Source: an uncultured Pseudomonadota bacterium
GTDB lineage: Bacteria; Pseudomonadota; Alphaproteobacteria; Rs-D84
Reading direction: 5' to 3'
Assembly: GCA_902793435.1 (NCBI GenBank)
Contig: CADBDF010000001.1
Coordinates: forward strand, 2,418-66,417
Length of the DNA stretch: 64,000 nt
Shown: one piece after another, positions 1 through 10,014 of the stretch
Position numbering within the stretch: the stretch's first letter is position 1
Layout: each line of letters begins with the position of its first letter
Notes under the pieces: model-generated
Database searches by the model: none
The model's input: the letters and a program-made list of their open reading frames with translations, nothing else
Told to the model about the DNA's origin: nothing
Program-made: the position numbers and the translations under genes

Positions 1-1188
1 GGCGTCACTGTCAAATTTTTTCACCAATTCATTTACCTTGGTGGTCAAAATTGTCTTGCGGGACGCGTATGCTTCGCCAAAAACATCTTCGCGTAAATCT
101 TCGTCTTGCAAATCAGCCTTGGTTGGTTTTTTGCCGTCATTAAATGTCATATAGCAATATTGGTTTGAACCAATTGTGTCGGTACATGCCGCGCGGAAGA
201 ATTTACGCACATCGCCCGCCATTTGTTTGCCAGTGCGCGTCGTATCAACCGTATCAACATCTAAACCACCAACAACAATCGATTGCGCCGCATTTACAAC
301 AGACCAATCAACATCTTCGACACAACTGTATGGGTTTTTCGCACATGCATTTGCAAAACATGTATCAACAACCTTGTAGCATGTATTTACCGCATTTGAT
401 GCCGCCAAAGCCGCACCGTCTTCGACCCATTGATGAACATCACCATCAGCCGTATATTGTCCCAATTGTTTATTAGATGGTTTTGTCGTTATTTTTTCAC
501 CAAATAATTGTTGGAACCCTTCTTTTTGGCAACGCGCCAATGTCGAATCGCACATTGTAGCCTGGCGTTTAAATTCGTCAGCAGATGTACATAATTCGAA
601 ATCTTCGCCACAAACATTATCTTTGGCCAAACATCTTTTATATTTTTTAACGCAATCCGCTGTATTTAATTTATTACGTGTTGCCGCGCCAATAATATCC
701 ATACCCATAACAGAACCATCAGTTGGATATGTATAACGCGCAACCTCACTGTTATTGGTGCCAGCAACATAGGAATCGACATTGGATAACGCGTCCAGAT
801 TACTGGTTCCCAATAATCTTTCAATCGCCGCAGGAGAGCATTGGTACAATGTACTGAAACATTCGGACATGTGTCCATGGAATAAAACATTTGTCGTGCA
901 TTCTTCAAATCCAGAACCACAGGCATTGTCGCCCTTCATACAATCGCGGTAATTATCAACGCATTCGGTATCGTCAATCAAACCCGTCCCGGTTGATGAC
1001 CCACTTGTCGATGACGATGTGGTCGTTGTAGCCGCAGATGATTTCATGACATTCGACAAAGATGGCAAACGACGCATCGCCGCCGCATTTGCCACAACGC
1101 CAACACGCGCAGGTGCAACCGCCGCCAAAGCCACGCCACATACGGACATAACCGCAATAAAACTAACAGAATTTTTGAAAAAATGCAT
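1..1188 (-). CDS. Secreted cysteine-rich protein, 3' end runs off the window (start ATG at 1188..1186)
   Basis: Manual translation of the minus strand from 1188 gives MHFFKNSVSFIAVMSVCGVALAAVAPA..., a signal-peptide-like start followed by a Cys-rich, Ser/Thr-rich sequence. The frame appears open to the window edge, and the ORF track omits it because no stop lies in the window. No family recognised. Confidence 0.45.
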   Translation of the reverse strand, partial: MHFFKNSVSFIAVMSVCGVALAAVAPARVGVVANAAAMRRLPSLSNVMKSSAATTTTSSSTSGSSTGTGLIDDTECVDNYRDCMKGDNACGSGFEECTTNVLFHGHMSECFSTLYQCSPAAIERLLGTSNLDALSNVDSYVAGTNNSEVARYTYPTDGSVMGMDIIGAATRNKLNTADCVKKYKRCLAKDNVCGEDFELCTSADEFKRQATMCDSTLARCQKEGFQQLFGEKITTKPSNKQLGQYTADGDVHQWVEDGAALAASNAVNTCYKVVDTCFANACAKNPYSCVEDVDWSVVNAAQSIVVGGLDVDTVDTTRTGKQMAGDVRKFFRAACTDTIGSNQYCYMTFNDGKKPTKADLQDEDLREDVFGEAYASRKTILTTKVNELVKKFDSDA

Positions 1189-1510
1189 CTCCTGACTCCT
1201 ATATTTATGATTTATTTTATCATATTTATAGACAAAAATAAAGCGCAATTTTCAAAGTTTGACACGTCACCAAAGGCTGTGGGTCACAGGCAAATTGCAA
1301 TAAATGAATTAAATACGAAAGTGTTTCACCAGGACCATGAGTGACGAACGTGGCAATCCGGGTGAATAATAAAAGTGTCGGCTTTGCCGACTGCATTATA
1401 TAAGACCTGGATCCTGACGACTGCGTTCGATTACTTATGGGGCATGCCCCAAAGCAATCTCACTGCGCTCAGGATGACAAAACACTTTCGTGTTTTATTT
1501 GATTGGGGTT

Positions 1511-2464
1511 TTATGAATTTTCTAAAATTTCTTTTAATTCCATCATATCGGCGGGCAATGGCGCCTTGAAAGTCATTTGTTTATGGTTTATAGGGTGTTT
1601 AAACGACAAATATGATGCATGCAACATTTGACCGTTGTGCGTCTTTAAAAATTCCAGCAACTCTGGATTTTTAACACTGCCCAATCTGGTTGTACCACGA
1701 CCATAGATTGGGTCGCACAAAACTGGAAAACCATGCGCCGATAAATGAACCCTGATTTGATGAGTGCGCCCGGTTAGCAAATTACATTTAAACTGTGAAA
1801 TACCAACCGTCCCCCACGCATCAACCACCAAAACCTCGGTCGTGGCAGGTTTGCCCCCGGATTTCACCATTGTCATTTTTTGTCTGTTGCGTGACGAACG
1901 CGCAATATTACCAGTTATCGTTGCACTTTCCCAACTTGGCACACCCCAAACAAACGCGTCATATTTACGCGTTAAATCGTGGGTTGAAAACATCTTGACC
2001 AATTCACGATATGCGGCATCTGTTTTTGCAAACACCATAACCCCAGATGTATCTTTGTCCAAACGATGAACAACCCCAGGTCGAACATCGCCACCAATTG
2101 ATGCCAACGATGTATAACACAACAAATTTTGAACCAATGTCCCAGTTTTGTTTCCAGCCGATGGATACATCACAACACCGCGCGGTTTATTTATCACAAT
2201 AATATCATCGTCTTGGTATAAAATATCCAGGTCAAAATCACATGAAATATTATCAGCCGCCACAGTTGCCCGCGGTGCATCAGGAACAATCACAATATAC
2301 AATTCACCAACGCGGACTTTGTCAGAAAACTTTACAGATGTTCCGCCACGTGATACAGAAAACTTTTGAATTTCACTACGCGAAAATTCAGGCATTTTGG
2401 ATGCTAAAAATTTATCAAGCCGTATGCCAACACTATCGTCATCAACAATAAATTCACGTTGCAT
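1511..2464 (-). CDS. rluD: 23S rRNA pseudouridine synthase, RluA/RluD family
   Basis: N-terminal S4-like region followed by the catalytic HRLDKDTSGVMVFAKTD motif; 317 aa. Confidence 0.8.
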   Translation of the reverse strand: MQREFIVDDDSVGIRLDKFLASKMPEFSRSEIQKFSVSRGGTSVKFSDKVRVGELYIVIVPDAPRATVAADNISCDFDLDILYQDDDIIVINKPRGVVMYPSAGNKTGTLVQNLLCYTSLASIGGDVRPGVVHRLDKDTSGVMVFAKTDAAYRELVKMFSTHDLTRKYDAFVWGVPSWESATITGNIARSSRNRQKMTMVKSGGKPATTEVLVVDAWGTVGISQFKCNLLTGRTHQIRVHLSAHGFPVLCDPIYGRGTTRLGSVKNPELLEFLKTHNGQMLHASYLSFKHPINHKQMTFKAPLPADMMELKEILENS

Positions 2465-2473
2465 TTTTAACCT

Positions 2474-2950
2474 TTATTTATACTTTGACCAATCGGGTCC
2501 CTTGTCACATTTTGACAAATCAATTTCCAATTCATAATCGCCCGATACATCACATGTTAAAATTCCGGTTGTTTCCGCCTGTTCTGCGTCCGCCCCGGCA
2601 TTGCGCCACGCAAATTTAATTTCACGCGGTGGATATATGCACACCAGGCGCAATTTATTTTCAGTTTTGCCAAATGAATCCAACCAAACACGAACGGAAT
2701 CAGCCTCGCCATAGCATGGAAAAGAATCCAAGTAATACAAAATCAAACCATTTTTTAACAACGATTTATCTGTTCCAACAAATTTACCCGTATATTGCGC
2801 CAACGGCAACCCTGTTATACCTGACCAATCCACAGTCGTTGAAAAAATACTGACACGCGGACCAATTGGTGCCGGTTGTGGTGGTGTGGTGGTATCTGCA
2901 AACGCAGGCACATAAAACAAACACGCAAGAAATGCAATTATTTTCTTCAT
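2474..2950 (-). CDS. Secreted hypothetical protein (signal peptide MKKIIAFLACLFYVPAFA), last gene of the prepilin-like operon
   Basis: Cleavable-looking signal peptide. A 4 bp overlap with the upstream zinc-ribbon gene implies translational coupling. Confidence 0.45.
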   Translation of the reverse strand: MKKIIAFLACLFYVPAFADTTTPPQPAPIGPRVSIFSTTVDWSGITGLPLAQYTGKFVGTDKSLLKNGLILYYLDSFPCYGEADSVRVWLDSFGKTENKLRLVCIYPPREIKFAWRNAGADAEQAETTGILTCDVSGDYELEIDLSKCDKGPDWSKYK

Positions 2951-3459
2951 TTTTCAAACTCCCCCAATTTTACAGAAATCTTTTTTACACCCGCCGATGG
3001 CGCACGCAAAGTATAAACAAATGCCGCACGCGCCCCAGATTCCAAAATTGGAACAGATGGGGTAAATTGTTCGCCAGAACCAATCTGCTTTCCATTTTCG
3101 TCGTACGATAAAACAATTATGTTTGGTGGGCTGTAAAATTCATCACTGCGATTTTCAATTATGCCCGATACAATGAAATGATTTATACCATTTCCGTCAG
3201 GTGCCAATTCTGTTTTGACGATTGATGCCGCCAATGGCGATTTTGATTCCATGTGCGAACGATATGTCGATACCGCAACAATCGAAAATATCACCGCAGA
3301 TATCAATGCGCATAATGCCGCCAAAAATAATAACAATGGATTTTTTCTGGCCCGGGTTTTAATCATCCATGAATGACCACAAATTGCACATTTAACCGGC
3401 ACCGCAGGTATTTTGGGTATCGTATATTCTGTTTTACAAAAATCACATTTTATTTTCAT
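2947..3459 (-). CDS. Zinc-ribbon (MJ0042-type CxxC...CxxC) single-pass membrane protein with a periplasmic domain; DUF3426-like architecture
   Basis: N-terminal CDFC...CAICG zinc ribbon, then a hydrophobic helix LLLFLAALCALISAVIFSIVAV, then a domain of about 100 aa. Confidence 0.5.
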   Translation of the reverse strand: MKIKCDFCKTEYTIPKIPAVPVKCAICGHSWMIKTRARKNPLLLFLAALCALISAVIFSIVAVSTYRSHMESKSPLAASIVKTELAPDGNGINHFIVSGIIENRSDEFYSPPNIIVLSYDENGKQIGSGEQFTPSVPILESGARAAFVYTLRAPSAGVKKISVKLGEFEK

Positions 3460-3481
3460 AACATACCTTTTATAGCATAAA

Positions 3482-4798
3482 TTATTGTAATTTCAACAAA
3501 CGATATTTTGCACGCACATCCGCAGCAATTTTATTCAACGCATTTTGATAATCAGCAACCGTCGCATTTGCATTGGCAGCAATAGATTTAAATGTTCGAC
3601 CGGCATTTGTTGTCGTATCAAATTCGGCACGCGGTAAATAACCAATCATTCTGTTCAAATCACCCAAAAACAAATCGTTAAAATTTGCAGATGAACTGCT
3701 GGCGTCCCAATAATAATTTGGATTTTGTGGGTCACTGATTTTTGATAAAACAGTTAATTTCGGGGTAATCGAACCCGCATAACCAACCGTCACATGCATT
3801 GCAGTAATACTGCCATAGCGCATTTTTACAGAACCATTTACAGTTAAAATTACAGGTTTGCCGTTTGCGTTATCTATGGTTAATGCCGGCAAAGTCAAAT
3901 TCGTCACCAGCAAATCGTTCGTTGTAAAAGATGAAAATTTACCCGTATCGGTCAAAGACAAACGACCAGATATTTCTAAATTTCGCGAATCCGATGTCAA
4001 AGAACCTGATACAGTCGCACTCTTGGTTGTAAATAAACTGTCAATCGTTGTGCGATTATCAAAAATCATATTGCGTGATGTTATTTTTCCAATGGTTAAA
4101 AATTCATCAAAAGAACCATCAATAAAACTCATATCTTTGACACCAATAATATCATGACCGCCCAAGTTTAATGACGAACGCATTGTCGCATCGTCTGGGT
4201 CATTTGATGGAACGCGCCACAGGTATAACGCATTATCACGATTTACCGTTGTTGTTCCAACCAACCCAGATGCCGCCGTCACACCCAAATCTGCAACAGA
4301 TGCACGCCAAGAATCATTTGCACCGTATGCTTTATTGCCATCAATAAAGCCAACCGCACCCCCAGACATATTTACAATTTGATGGGTTCGAAAAGGTGTA
4401 ATTTTATCCGATTCATAAACAACGATTCCTTGCAAAGTGGCCTGGCCATTAAAATCACGCGATTTTAAAACACGCAATTGATATTTAACATTTTTATCTG
4501 CGGCAATTTCTGTATCCAACCCATATTTTTCCAAATCAGCCAATTCAACACGTGTAATATTACGACCATAAGGCTTTAACATAGTTTCACGATTATCAAT
4601 AATATAACGTTCCAATGCGTTTTGTATTTCTGTCATCTGTTTTGTGACGACAATATTTTCACGACGTTCAATCGCCGAACGTTGATATTTAAACACAAAC
4701 GGAATTATCAACATAGCCAGCGCAACCGACAATAACAATTCCACCAGCATATTGCCGCTTTGATTCGTATTAAAAAATTTTATATTGTTTCGTTTCAT
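3482..4798 (-). CDS. Giant prepilin-like (pseudopilin-like) protein, 438 aa
   Basis: Class III signal: ...QSG|NMLVELLLSVALAMLII, with Gly at -1, Glu at +5 and a hydrophobic helix. Long S/T/N/G-rich C-terminal region. Shares a 4 bp overlap with the upstream gene. Confidence 0.55.
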   Translation of the reverse strand: MKRNNIKFFNTNQSGNMLVELLLSVALAMLIIPFVFKYQRSAIERRENIVVTKQMTEIQNALERYIIDNRETMLKPYGRNITRVELADLEKYGLDTEIAADKNVKYQLRVLKSRDFNGQATLQGIVVYESDKITPFRTHQIVNMSGGAVGFIDGNKAYGANDSWRASVADLGVTAASGLVGTTTVNRDNALYLWRVPSNDPDDATMRSSLNLGGHDIIGVKDMSFIDGSFDEFLTIGKITSRNMIFDNRTTIDSLFTTKSATVSGSLTSDSRNLEISGRLSLTDTGKFSSFTTNDLLVTNLTLPALTIDNANGKPVILTVNGSVKMRYGSITAMHVTVGYAGSITPKLTVLSKISDPQNPNYYWDASSSSANFNDLFLGDLNRMIGYLPRAEFDTTTNAGRTFKSIAANANATVADYQNALNKIAADVRAKYRLLKLQ

Positions 4799-6069
4799 TG
4801 TTCAGGCACACTTTCTTTGGTTTGCCAATCAGATGCCATAATCGCACTGAATTCATCTTTGTTTGGTGTTTGTGATATTGTTGTTCGTCCCAATTTAAAG
4901 GTCGAAAAACTGGGCATTTGATTTGACGGGAAAGACCAATTACCAATCTTTAATGGTGCGGACCCAGACATTAACAATTCACCAGACACCGTTAATCCAA
5001 AATCACCATAAAACACCATGTCATTTGCACTGATATATGGTGTATGAACAGAATTCGATGATATCGCAGTAAAAGCATTGATTGTTCGATTACTGGACGA
5101 TTTTAATTTAAACAAGTTTCCAATACGCACAGAATTTTTAATTGTTGCCCTGTCGGTAATAACCGCGCCAGTATTACTAAAATTATTTCCGTTCAGGTTA
5201 TTTGCAGTTATTGTGCGAAAACCACTGATATCGCCCAACGCACGTATCGTATCAATAACCGCATCGTTGCCTTGGATATTTGCACCAGACGAAAAATACG
5301 CAGAATCCGCGATAACATCATCAGCACGAATAAATGTTGTTTCTATATTTTTAACAGACACCGTTTCGGCATTTAATGTTCCAACATTTAACAAATCTTT
5401 GCCACCCATATTTAAATTGCGCAACATCGCATTTAAATTAAATTCTGCGGCATCTTTGGCAATTTCTTCTTCTGTTTTTTTGATTGTTATTTTTTTAGGC
5501 TTTGTTTCAACAATCGAATCCGATGCCGCACGATGCAAAAAATTCGTTCTGTCCATTGTCGCGAAATTATGCGATATACGATATATTAAATTACCAGGTT
5601 TAAAATCAGGACCCGATACCGCCCAACCTGTGCCATAGGCAACACCATCATCATCAACAATCGCGGCGGTGGCCCCAATTTGACGCGCAATTTGATTTAC
5701 CCGAACACGCGAATCGGTTATGTCAAATCCAAGATAAATATCTGTTATTGTTGTGCCACGAAATTGACGCTTGTCGATAAAACCACTGGATATAATTGGC
5801 GATATTTCTTGTAAATCTGTGGCGGTCATTTGTATTTCTGCAACATCAGGCCAATCTTCTTGGTGGGTACGAACAAAATTTAATGTTGCGTCTTGCAAAT
5901 CAACAATCTGTTGTGCCACAGAAATATTTTCCAAATCATCGTATGTGTTTGTCATTTGACGATACATAAACGGTGCCGCAACCGCAGCAATTGATATCGC
6001 CAATATCACCTCTAACAACGAGGCACCACGCGAATTATCGTTAAAGATTTTTGTTTTATATACAGTCAC
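4795..6069 (-). CDS. Giant prepilin-like protein, 424 aa
   Basis: Class III signal ...SRG|ASLLEVILAISIAAVAAPF with Glu at +5. The region after the helix is paralogous to its neighbours (ENI.V..Q...LQ pattern). Confidence 0.55.
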   Translation of the reverse strand: MTVYKTKIFNDNSRGASLLEVILAISIAAVAAPFMYRQMTNTYDDLENISVAQQIVDLQDATLNFVRTHQEDWPDVAEIQMTATDLQEISPIISSGFIDKRQFRGTTITDIYLGFDITDSRVRVNQIARQIGATAAIVDDDGVAYGTGWAVSGPDFKPGNLIYRISHNFATMDRTNFLHRAASDSIVETKPKKITIKKTEEEIAKDAAEFNLNAMLRNLNMGGKDLLNVGTLNAETVSVKNIETTFIRADDVIADSAYFSSGANIQGNDAVIDTIRALGDISGFRTITANNLNGNNFSNTGAVITDRATIKNSVRIGNLFKLKSSSNRTINAFTAISSNSVHTPYISANDMVFYGDFGLTVSGELLMSGSAPLKIGNWSFPSNQMPSFSTFKLGRTTISQTPNKDEFSAIMASDWQTKESVPEQ

Positions 6070-7417
6070 TGCGCCCCGCCATTAAACATTGTTTTGCATT
6101 TATTCTTTGTTCCAAACGTTCCCAGAACAAATATTCACACAGTATATGTTGTGCCAAAGAATTTGAATTATATACTTCGCCTAGACTTGCGACGATTGAA
6201 TTACATGTCACAGTTTCTGCATCATCTTTTTTTGGATTTTTCAAAATCGCAAAACCACCGTTATCAACATAAGACACACGAACATCGGGTAATACGGTTG
6301 TGCTGGCTGGACGAATATCTACAATAACCGCACCACTGTCGCCGGCATTTAACGCCTTGGACGTTTGGTCACGCAAAGTGACATGCGATGCAATCAGGGA
6401 ACCGGTTGAAATACCACTGGTTGAATTATACGATAAATGTCCAGAATCACCCGACACATAAACTTCTTGACCACTGCTGACATTTAAATAAGAACCGACA
6501 TCCAATGTTTCAGCACTCAACACGATATGTTCTGTTTCCAAATTACCGCGCACGTCCCATGTGACAGGCCCAGTAAATCCGGTACGCCCCGCCGTTAAAT
6601 CAAATGAATACACCGATGCAGAATCTGATTCAAAATTTCCCGTCGAACCGTATTGAGAAATTGTTTTTCCAAACACATTTTTTGCCCGCAAAGAACCACG
6701 TGTTAATGCCAATGCCGACCCACCAGATTTTGATTGGAATATACTTTTGTCTGCAACAAAATTTTTTATTTTATTTTTTGAATTCCTTTCGCCTTCATTC
6801 CCAGCAATATCCAATGTATCAAAATTTGCCACCCCAGATTCCAAATTATGCCCAATCACACTATTTGTATTTTCTATCGCAAAACCATTCATGTTCAAAT
6901 CTGTTAAAAATCCAGAATTATTTATGTCGGTTTCATTACGACGAACAACATCTTGGTATAATGTATTCAAAGGAATACCTACAATCAATCCGTCTTTACT
7001 TTTTTGTGCATAAAATCCAACACGACGAACCATTTCGGCAATTTGCATATTTGAAATTTTACCACCCGATACAACCAATGTTCCACCAACGCTTGCCTCG
7101 TCTTTATCAACAATCAAATAAATATCTTGCCCGAACGCAGTACGCGGAACATACCCCAAAGGCAAACCGTATGGTTCCAATGTATCTGCAAAATCCGGAC
7201 CACGAATAATTGTTCGACCATATGGCAAACTATCAACATTTTCACGAATAAAAATTCGTGCCGCAGTTTGTGCGGTATCAATTTGATGCGATGCAGAATA
7301 CATTTTTGCATCAACATCATTTACAATTAAACGATTTGTTAAAACCGGCATAAAAAGAAACAGCAAAGATATTGCCAGCAACGCCTGTAATAAAAAATTT
7401 CCCCTCTGGTTATGCAA
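6056..7417 (-). CDS. Giant prepilin-like protein lacking Glu+5 (GspK/PilX-like minor pseudopilin feature), 453 aa
   Basis: N-terminus ...QRG|NFLLQALLAISLLFLF has Gln instead of Glu at +5. It is the first gene of the operon; an AT-rich promoter region lies upstream. Confidence 0.55.
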   Translation of the reverse strand: MHNQRGNFLLQALLAISLLFLFMPVLTNRLIVNDVDAKMYSASHQIDTAQTAARIFIRENVDSLPYGRTIIRGPDFADTLEPYGLPLGYVPRTAFGQDIYLIVDKDEASVGGTLVVSGGKISNMQIAEMVRRVGFYAQKSKDGLIVGIPLNTLYQDVVRRNETDINNSGFLTDLNMNGFAIENTNSVIGHNLESGVANFDTLDIAGNEGERNSKNKIKNFVADKSIFQSKSGGSALALTRGSLRAKNVFGKTISQYGSTGNFESDSASVYSFDLTAGRTGFTGPVTWDVRGNLETEHIVLSAETLDVGSYLNVSSGQEVYVSGDSGHLSYNSTSGISTGSLIASHVTLRDQTSKALNAGDSGAVIVDIRPASTTVLPDVRVSYVDNGGFAILKNPKKDDAETVTCNSIVASLGEVYNSNSLAQHILCEYLFWERLEQRINAKQCLMAGRSDCI

Positions 7418-7583
7418 TAAAATCCCCTATTCTCTTTTTATATGTATATAGATTAGCAACTGAAAAAAGATATTGCAATCAGTTTTAAGATGTTTTATAT
7501 TACTGTCAGTTGTTAGTTGATTATTGTTAGAAATTTATATCAACTGAAAATTCCAAAAATAAAAAATTATAAAAAGAAAAAAT

Positions 7584-7922
7584 ATGCAAAATAAAAAAAA
7601 TCAGTCTAATGTTGGTTTGATGATTCAACGGTGTCATAAATGGCGTGTGCGTCGCAAACAATTTATTGACCAAGCACGTAATACACCCGACGAAATCGAA
7701 CGTGAACGTTTATTGCAAGCGGCAGAACACTGTGTTCGTATGACAAACGCCGAACAAGAAAAAATTGATTCTATACGCGATTCAAAAGAAAAAGCCGCCG
7801 CTGTCGCAGCCGCCGAGGCCGAAATGAAGGCAGCAGATGCAAAAGACGACAATGCCGATACAGAAAAAACCGATACAGACGAAGAAATGGGCTTTCCTGA
7901 TTTTATCACTGGATTGAATTAA
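7584..7922 (+). CDS. Hypothetical small acidic protein (112 aa), uncertain
   Basis: ORF only. It sits between the pilin-operon promoter region and dnaX and has a charged C-terminus. No recognisable family. Confidence 0.25.
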   Translation: MQNKKNQSNVGLMIQRCHKWRVRRKQFIDQARNTPDEIERERLLQAAEHCVRMTNAEQEKIDSIRDSKEKAAAVAAAEAEMKAADAKDDNADTEKTDTDEEMGFPDFITGLN

Positions 7923-7992
7923 AATCGTTTTACTTTGTTGTTGAAATTTTACTTTTCTTTGGTATGCTGAAACCACATAAGGAAAGTTCAAC

Positions 7993-9528
7993 ATGGATAA
8001 TAATTATACTGTTCTGGCGCGCAAGTATCGCAGTCAAGATTTCAATTCTTTGATTGGCCAAGATGTTTTGGTTAAAACATTGACAACCGCTATCAATACT
8101 GGCCGTATCGCACACGCATATATTTTTACAGGAATTCGTGGAACTGGAAAAACCAGTACCGCACGTATTCTGGCCAAGGCATTAAATTGTTTATCGTCAG
8201 ACGGACCAACCGCAACCCCATGTGGTGTATGTGAAAACTGTCGTGCAATCGCGGCGGGTCAGCATATCGATGTTATGGAAATTGACGCGGCATCACATAC
8301 AGGTGTTGATAATATCCGCGATATTTTAGATGCCGCACAATACAGACCAACAAATGGACGATACAAAGTTTATATAATCGACGAAGTCCATATGTTATCA
8401 ACGGCGGCCTTTAATGCGTTGCTTAAAACTTTGGAAGAACCACCTGCACATGTTATATTTATTTTGGCGACCACTGAAATTCGAAAGGTTCCCGTCACCA
8501 TATTATCGCGTTGCCAACGGTTTGATTTGGTGCGCGTGCCAATTGATACATTAAAAAAACACTTCGATTGGATTGCTACACAAGAAAAAATCGAACTGAC
8601 GGACGCGGCAAATGAAATGCTGGCACGCGCGGCGGACGGCTCTGTGCGTGATGGTTTATCTTTACTGGACCAGGCAATCGCACAAACAGGTGGTCATGTC
8701 GATGAACAGGCCGTTATGGACATGTTAAAACGCGCCGACAGAAATGTTGTTGTTGATTTTATGGATACAATTTTATCTGGGGACACCAGCAAAGCATTGG
8801 AAATGACAGATTCCATTTACACAAATGGCGCAGATTTAGTTATGTTGTTGAACGATATGATGGAATGGACACATTGGGCAACACGTATGCATCCATCGGT
8901 CAATGCAGGCGATGGGCTGTCATCACCATATACCGCCGATCAACGCGAAAAAACAAAAAAAATAAATTCACGAATTTCTTTGAATACCCTTTCACGTATT
9001 TGGCAGGTTATGGTCGCAGCAGTCAGCGAAATGCAAATGTCAGGAAACCAAAAACAATGTTTTGATATGTTGGTTGTTCGTTTGATGCATATTGCCGATA
9101 TGCCATCTGTCACAGAAATTTTAAAACAAAATGCGCCCACACCAGTGGCACAACAAAAACCGGTCGAACCCGTTGCGACACCAAAGCCTGCGAACACTAT
9201 AAACACCGCAGATGAATTAGGACGTGCAATGCAGGCCGATAAGGAAATTTTATTATACACATATTTTTCTGAAAATGTTGAAGTATGCGAAATCCAAAAT
9301 GGAAAATTAAACTATTTTGACCGCAAGGGTGATAAAGATTTTGCAAATAAATTATCGGCTTGGCTGGAAAAACATACCGGCATACATTGGGATTTGATAC
9401 ACTCTGCAACCTCATGTAATGTACCCACAGCGGTCGAGCATCAAAAACAAGAATTAGAAGCTGACCCGATGATGGCAAGCGCAATGGGATTGTTCGAAGG
9501 TGCTGAAATCGTTGAAGTTTCTAAATAG
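7993..9528 (+). CDS. dnaX: DNA polymerase III subunit tau/gamma
   Basis: Walker A GIRGTGKTSTARILAKALNC, the Zn module CGVCENC and the IIDEVHML box; 511 aa. Confidence 0.9.
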   Translation: MDNNYTVLARKYRSQDFNSLIGQDVLVKTLTTAINTGRIAHAYIFTGIRGTGKTSTARILAKALNCLSSDGPTATPCGVCENCRAIAAGQHIDVMEIDAASHTGVDNIRDILDAAQYRPTNGRYKVYIIDEVHMLSTAAFNALLKTLEEPPAHVIFILATTEIRKVPVTILSRCQRFDLVRVPIDTLKKHFDWIATQEKIELTDAANEMLARAADGSVRDGLSLLDQAIAQTGGHVDEQAVMDMLKRADRNVVVDFMDTILSGDTSKALEMTDSIYTNGADLVMLLNDMMEWTHWATRMHPSVNAGDGLSSPYTADQREKTKKINSRISLNTLSRIWQVMVAAVSEMQMSGNQKQCFDMLVVRLMHIADMPSVTEILKQNAPTPVAQQKPVEPVATPKPANTINTADELGRAMQADKEILLYTYFSENVEVCEIQNGKLNYFDRKGDKDFANKLSAWLEKHTGIHWDLIHSATSCNVPTAVEHQKQELEADPMMASAMGLFEGAEIVEVSK

Positions 9529-9555
9529 CAAAATATCAAGAGGGGGAAATTTGTA

Positions 9556-10014
9556 ATGACAAATGAATCTGGACGTTCTTTGATTGAAATGTTGGCAGTG
9601 TTGGCGATTGGTGCGGTTATGACCGCGGCGGCATACGGAACATACAATATGTTGCGAACAAACCAAACACGCAATTTGGCATTAAATGAAATGGAACAAA
9701 TTGCACGCAACACAAAGATATTATTGGAAACACGTGGTGATTATAACGGTGTGTCGGTTGATTATTTGATTAAGGCAGGCGCAATTACAAACCCAGATGC
9801 CCCAATCGGTGATGAAAACTGGTCAATAACATCATCAGTTGATGGAAAAACGTTTTCTATCAATTTAACTAATTTAACGCACAGCGATTGTTCTTATTTT
9901 GCAACAAAGAAAATCAGTTGGGCAAAATCTGTATCTGTGAACGGTTTAGAAAAAGCCGGTAGCGAAACATGTATATCGGCACCACGAAATTATATATCTA
10001 TCAATGTTGAATAA
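9556..10014 (+). CDS. Type IVa pilin-like protein (152 aa)
   Basis: Prepilin signal MTNESG|RSLIEMLAVLAIGAVM with Glu at +5, and a C-terminal Cys pair (SDCSYF...SETCIS) typical of the pilin D-region. Confidence 0.65.
   Translation: MTNESGRSLIEMLAVLAIGAVMTAAAYGTYNMLRTNQTRNLALNEMEQIARNTKILLETRGDYNGVSVDYLIKAGAITNPDAPIGDENWSITSSVDGKTFSINLTNLTHSDCSYFATKKISWAKSVSVNGLEKAGSETCISAPRNYISINVE

Noticed and set aside
5078-5638. Numerous antisense or overlapping ORFs inside large genes (e.g. 5078..5638, 53204..53761, 60110..60637, 27396..28046)
   Set aside because: They are fully embedded in strongly supported genes on the opposite strand and have no independent support.
7930-7992. SRP RNA (ffs) upstream of dnaX, as in many bacteria
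   Set aside because: No GGUGCUGUUU...AGCAGCC-like domain IV motif was found in the sequence upstream of dnaX.
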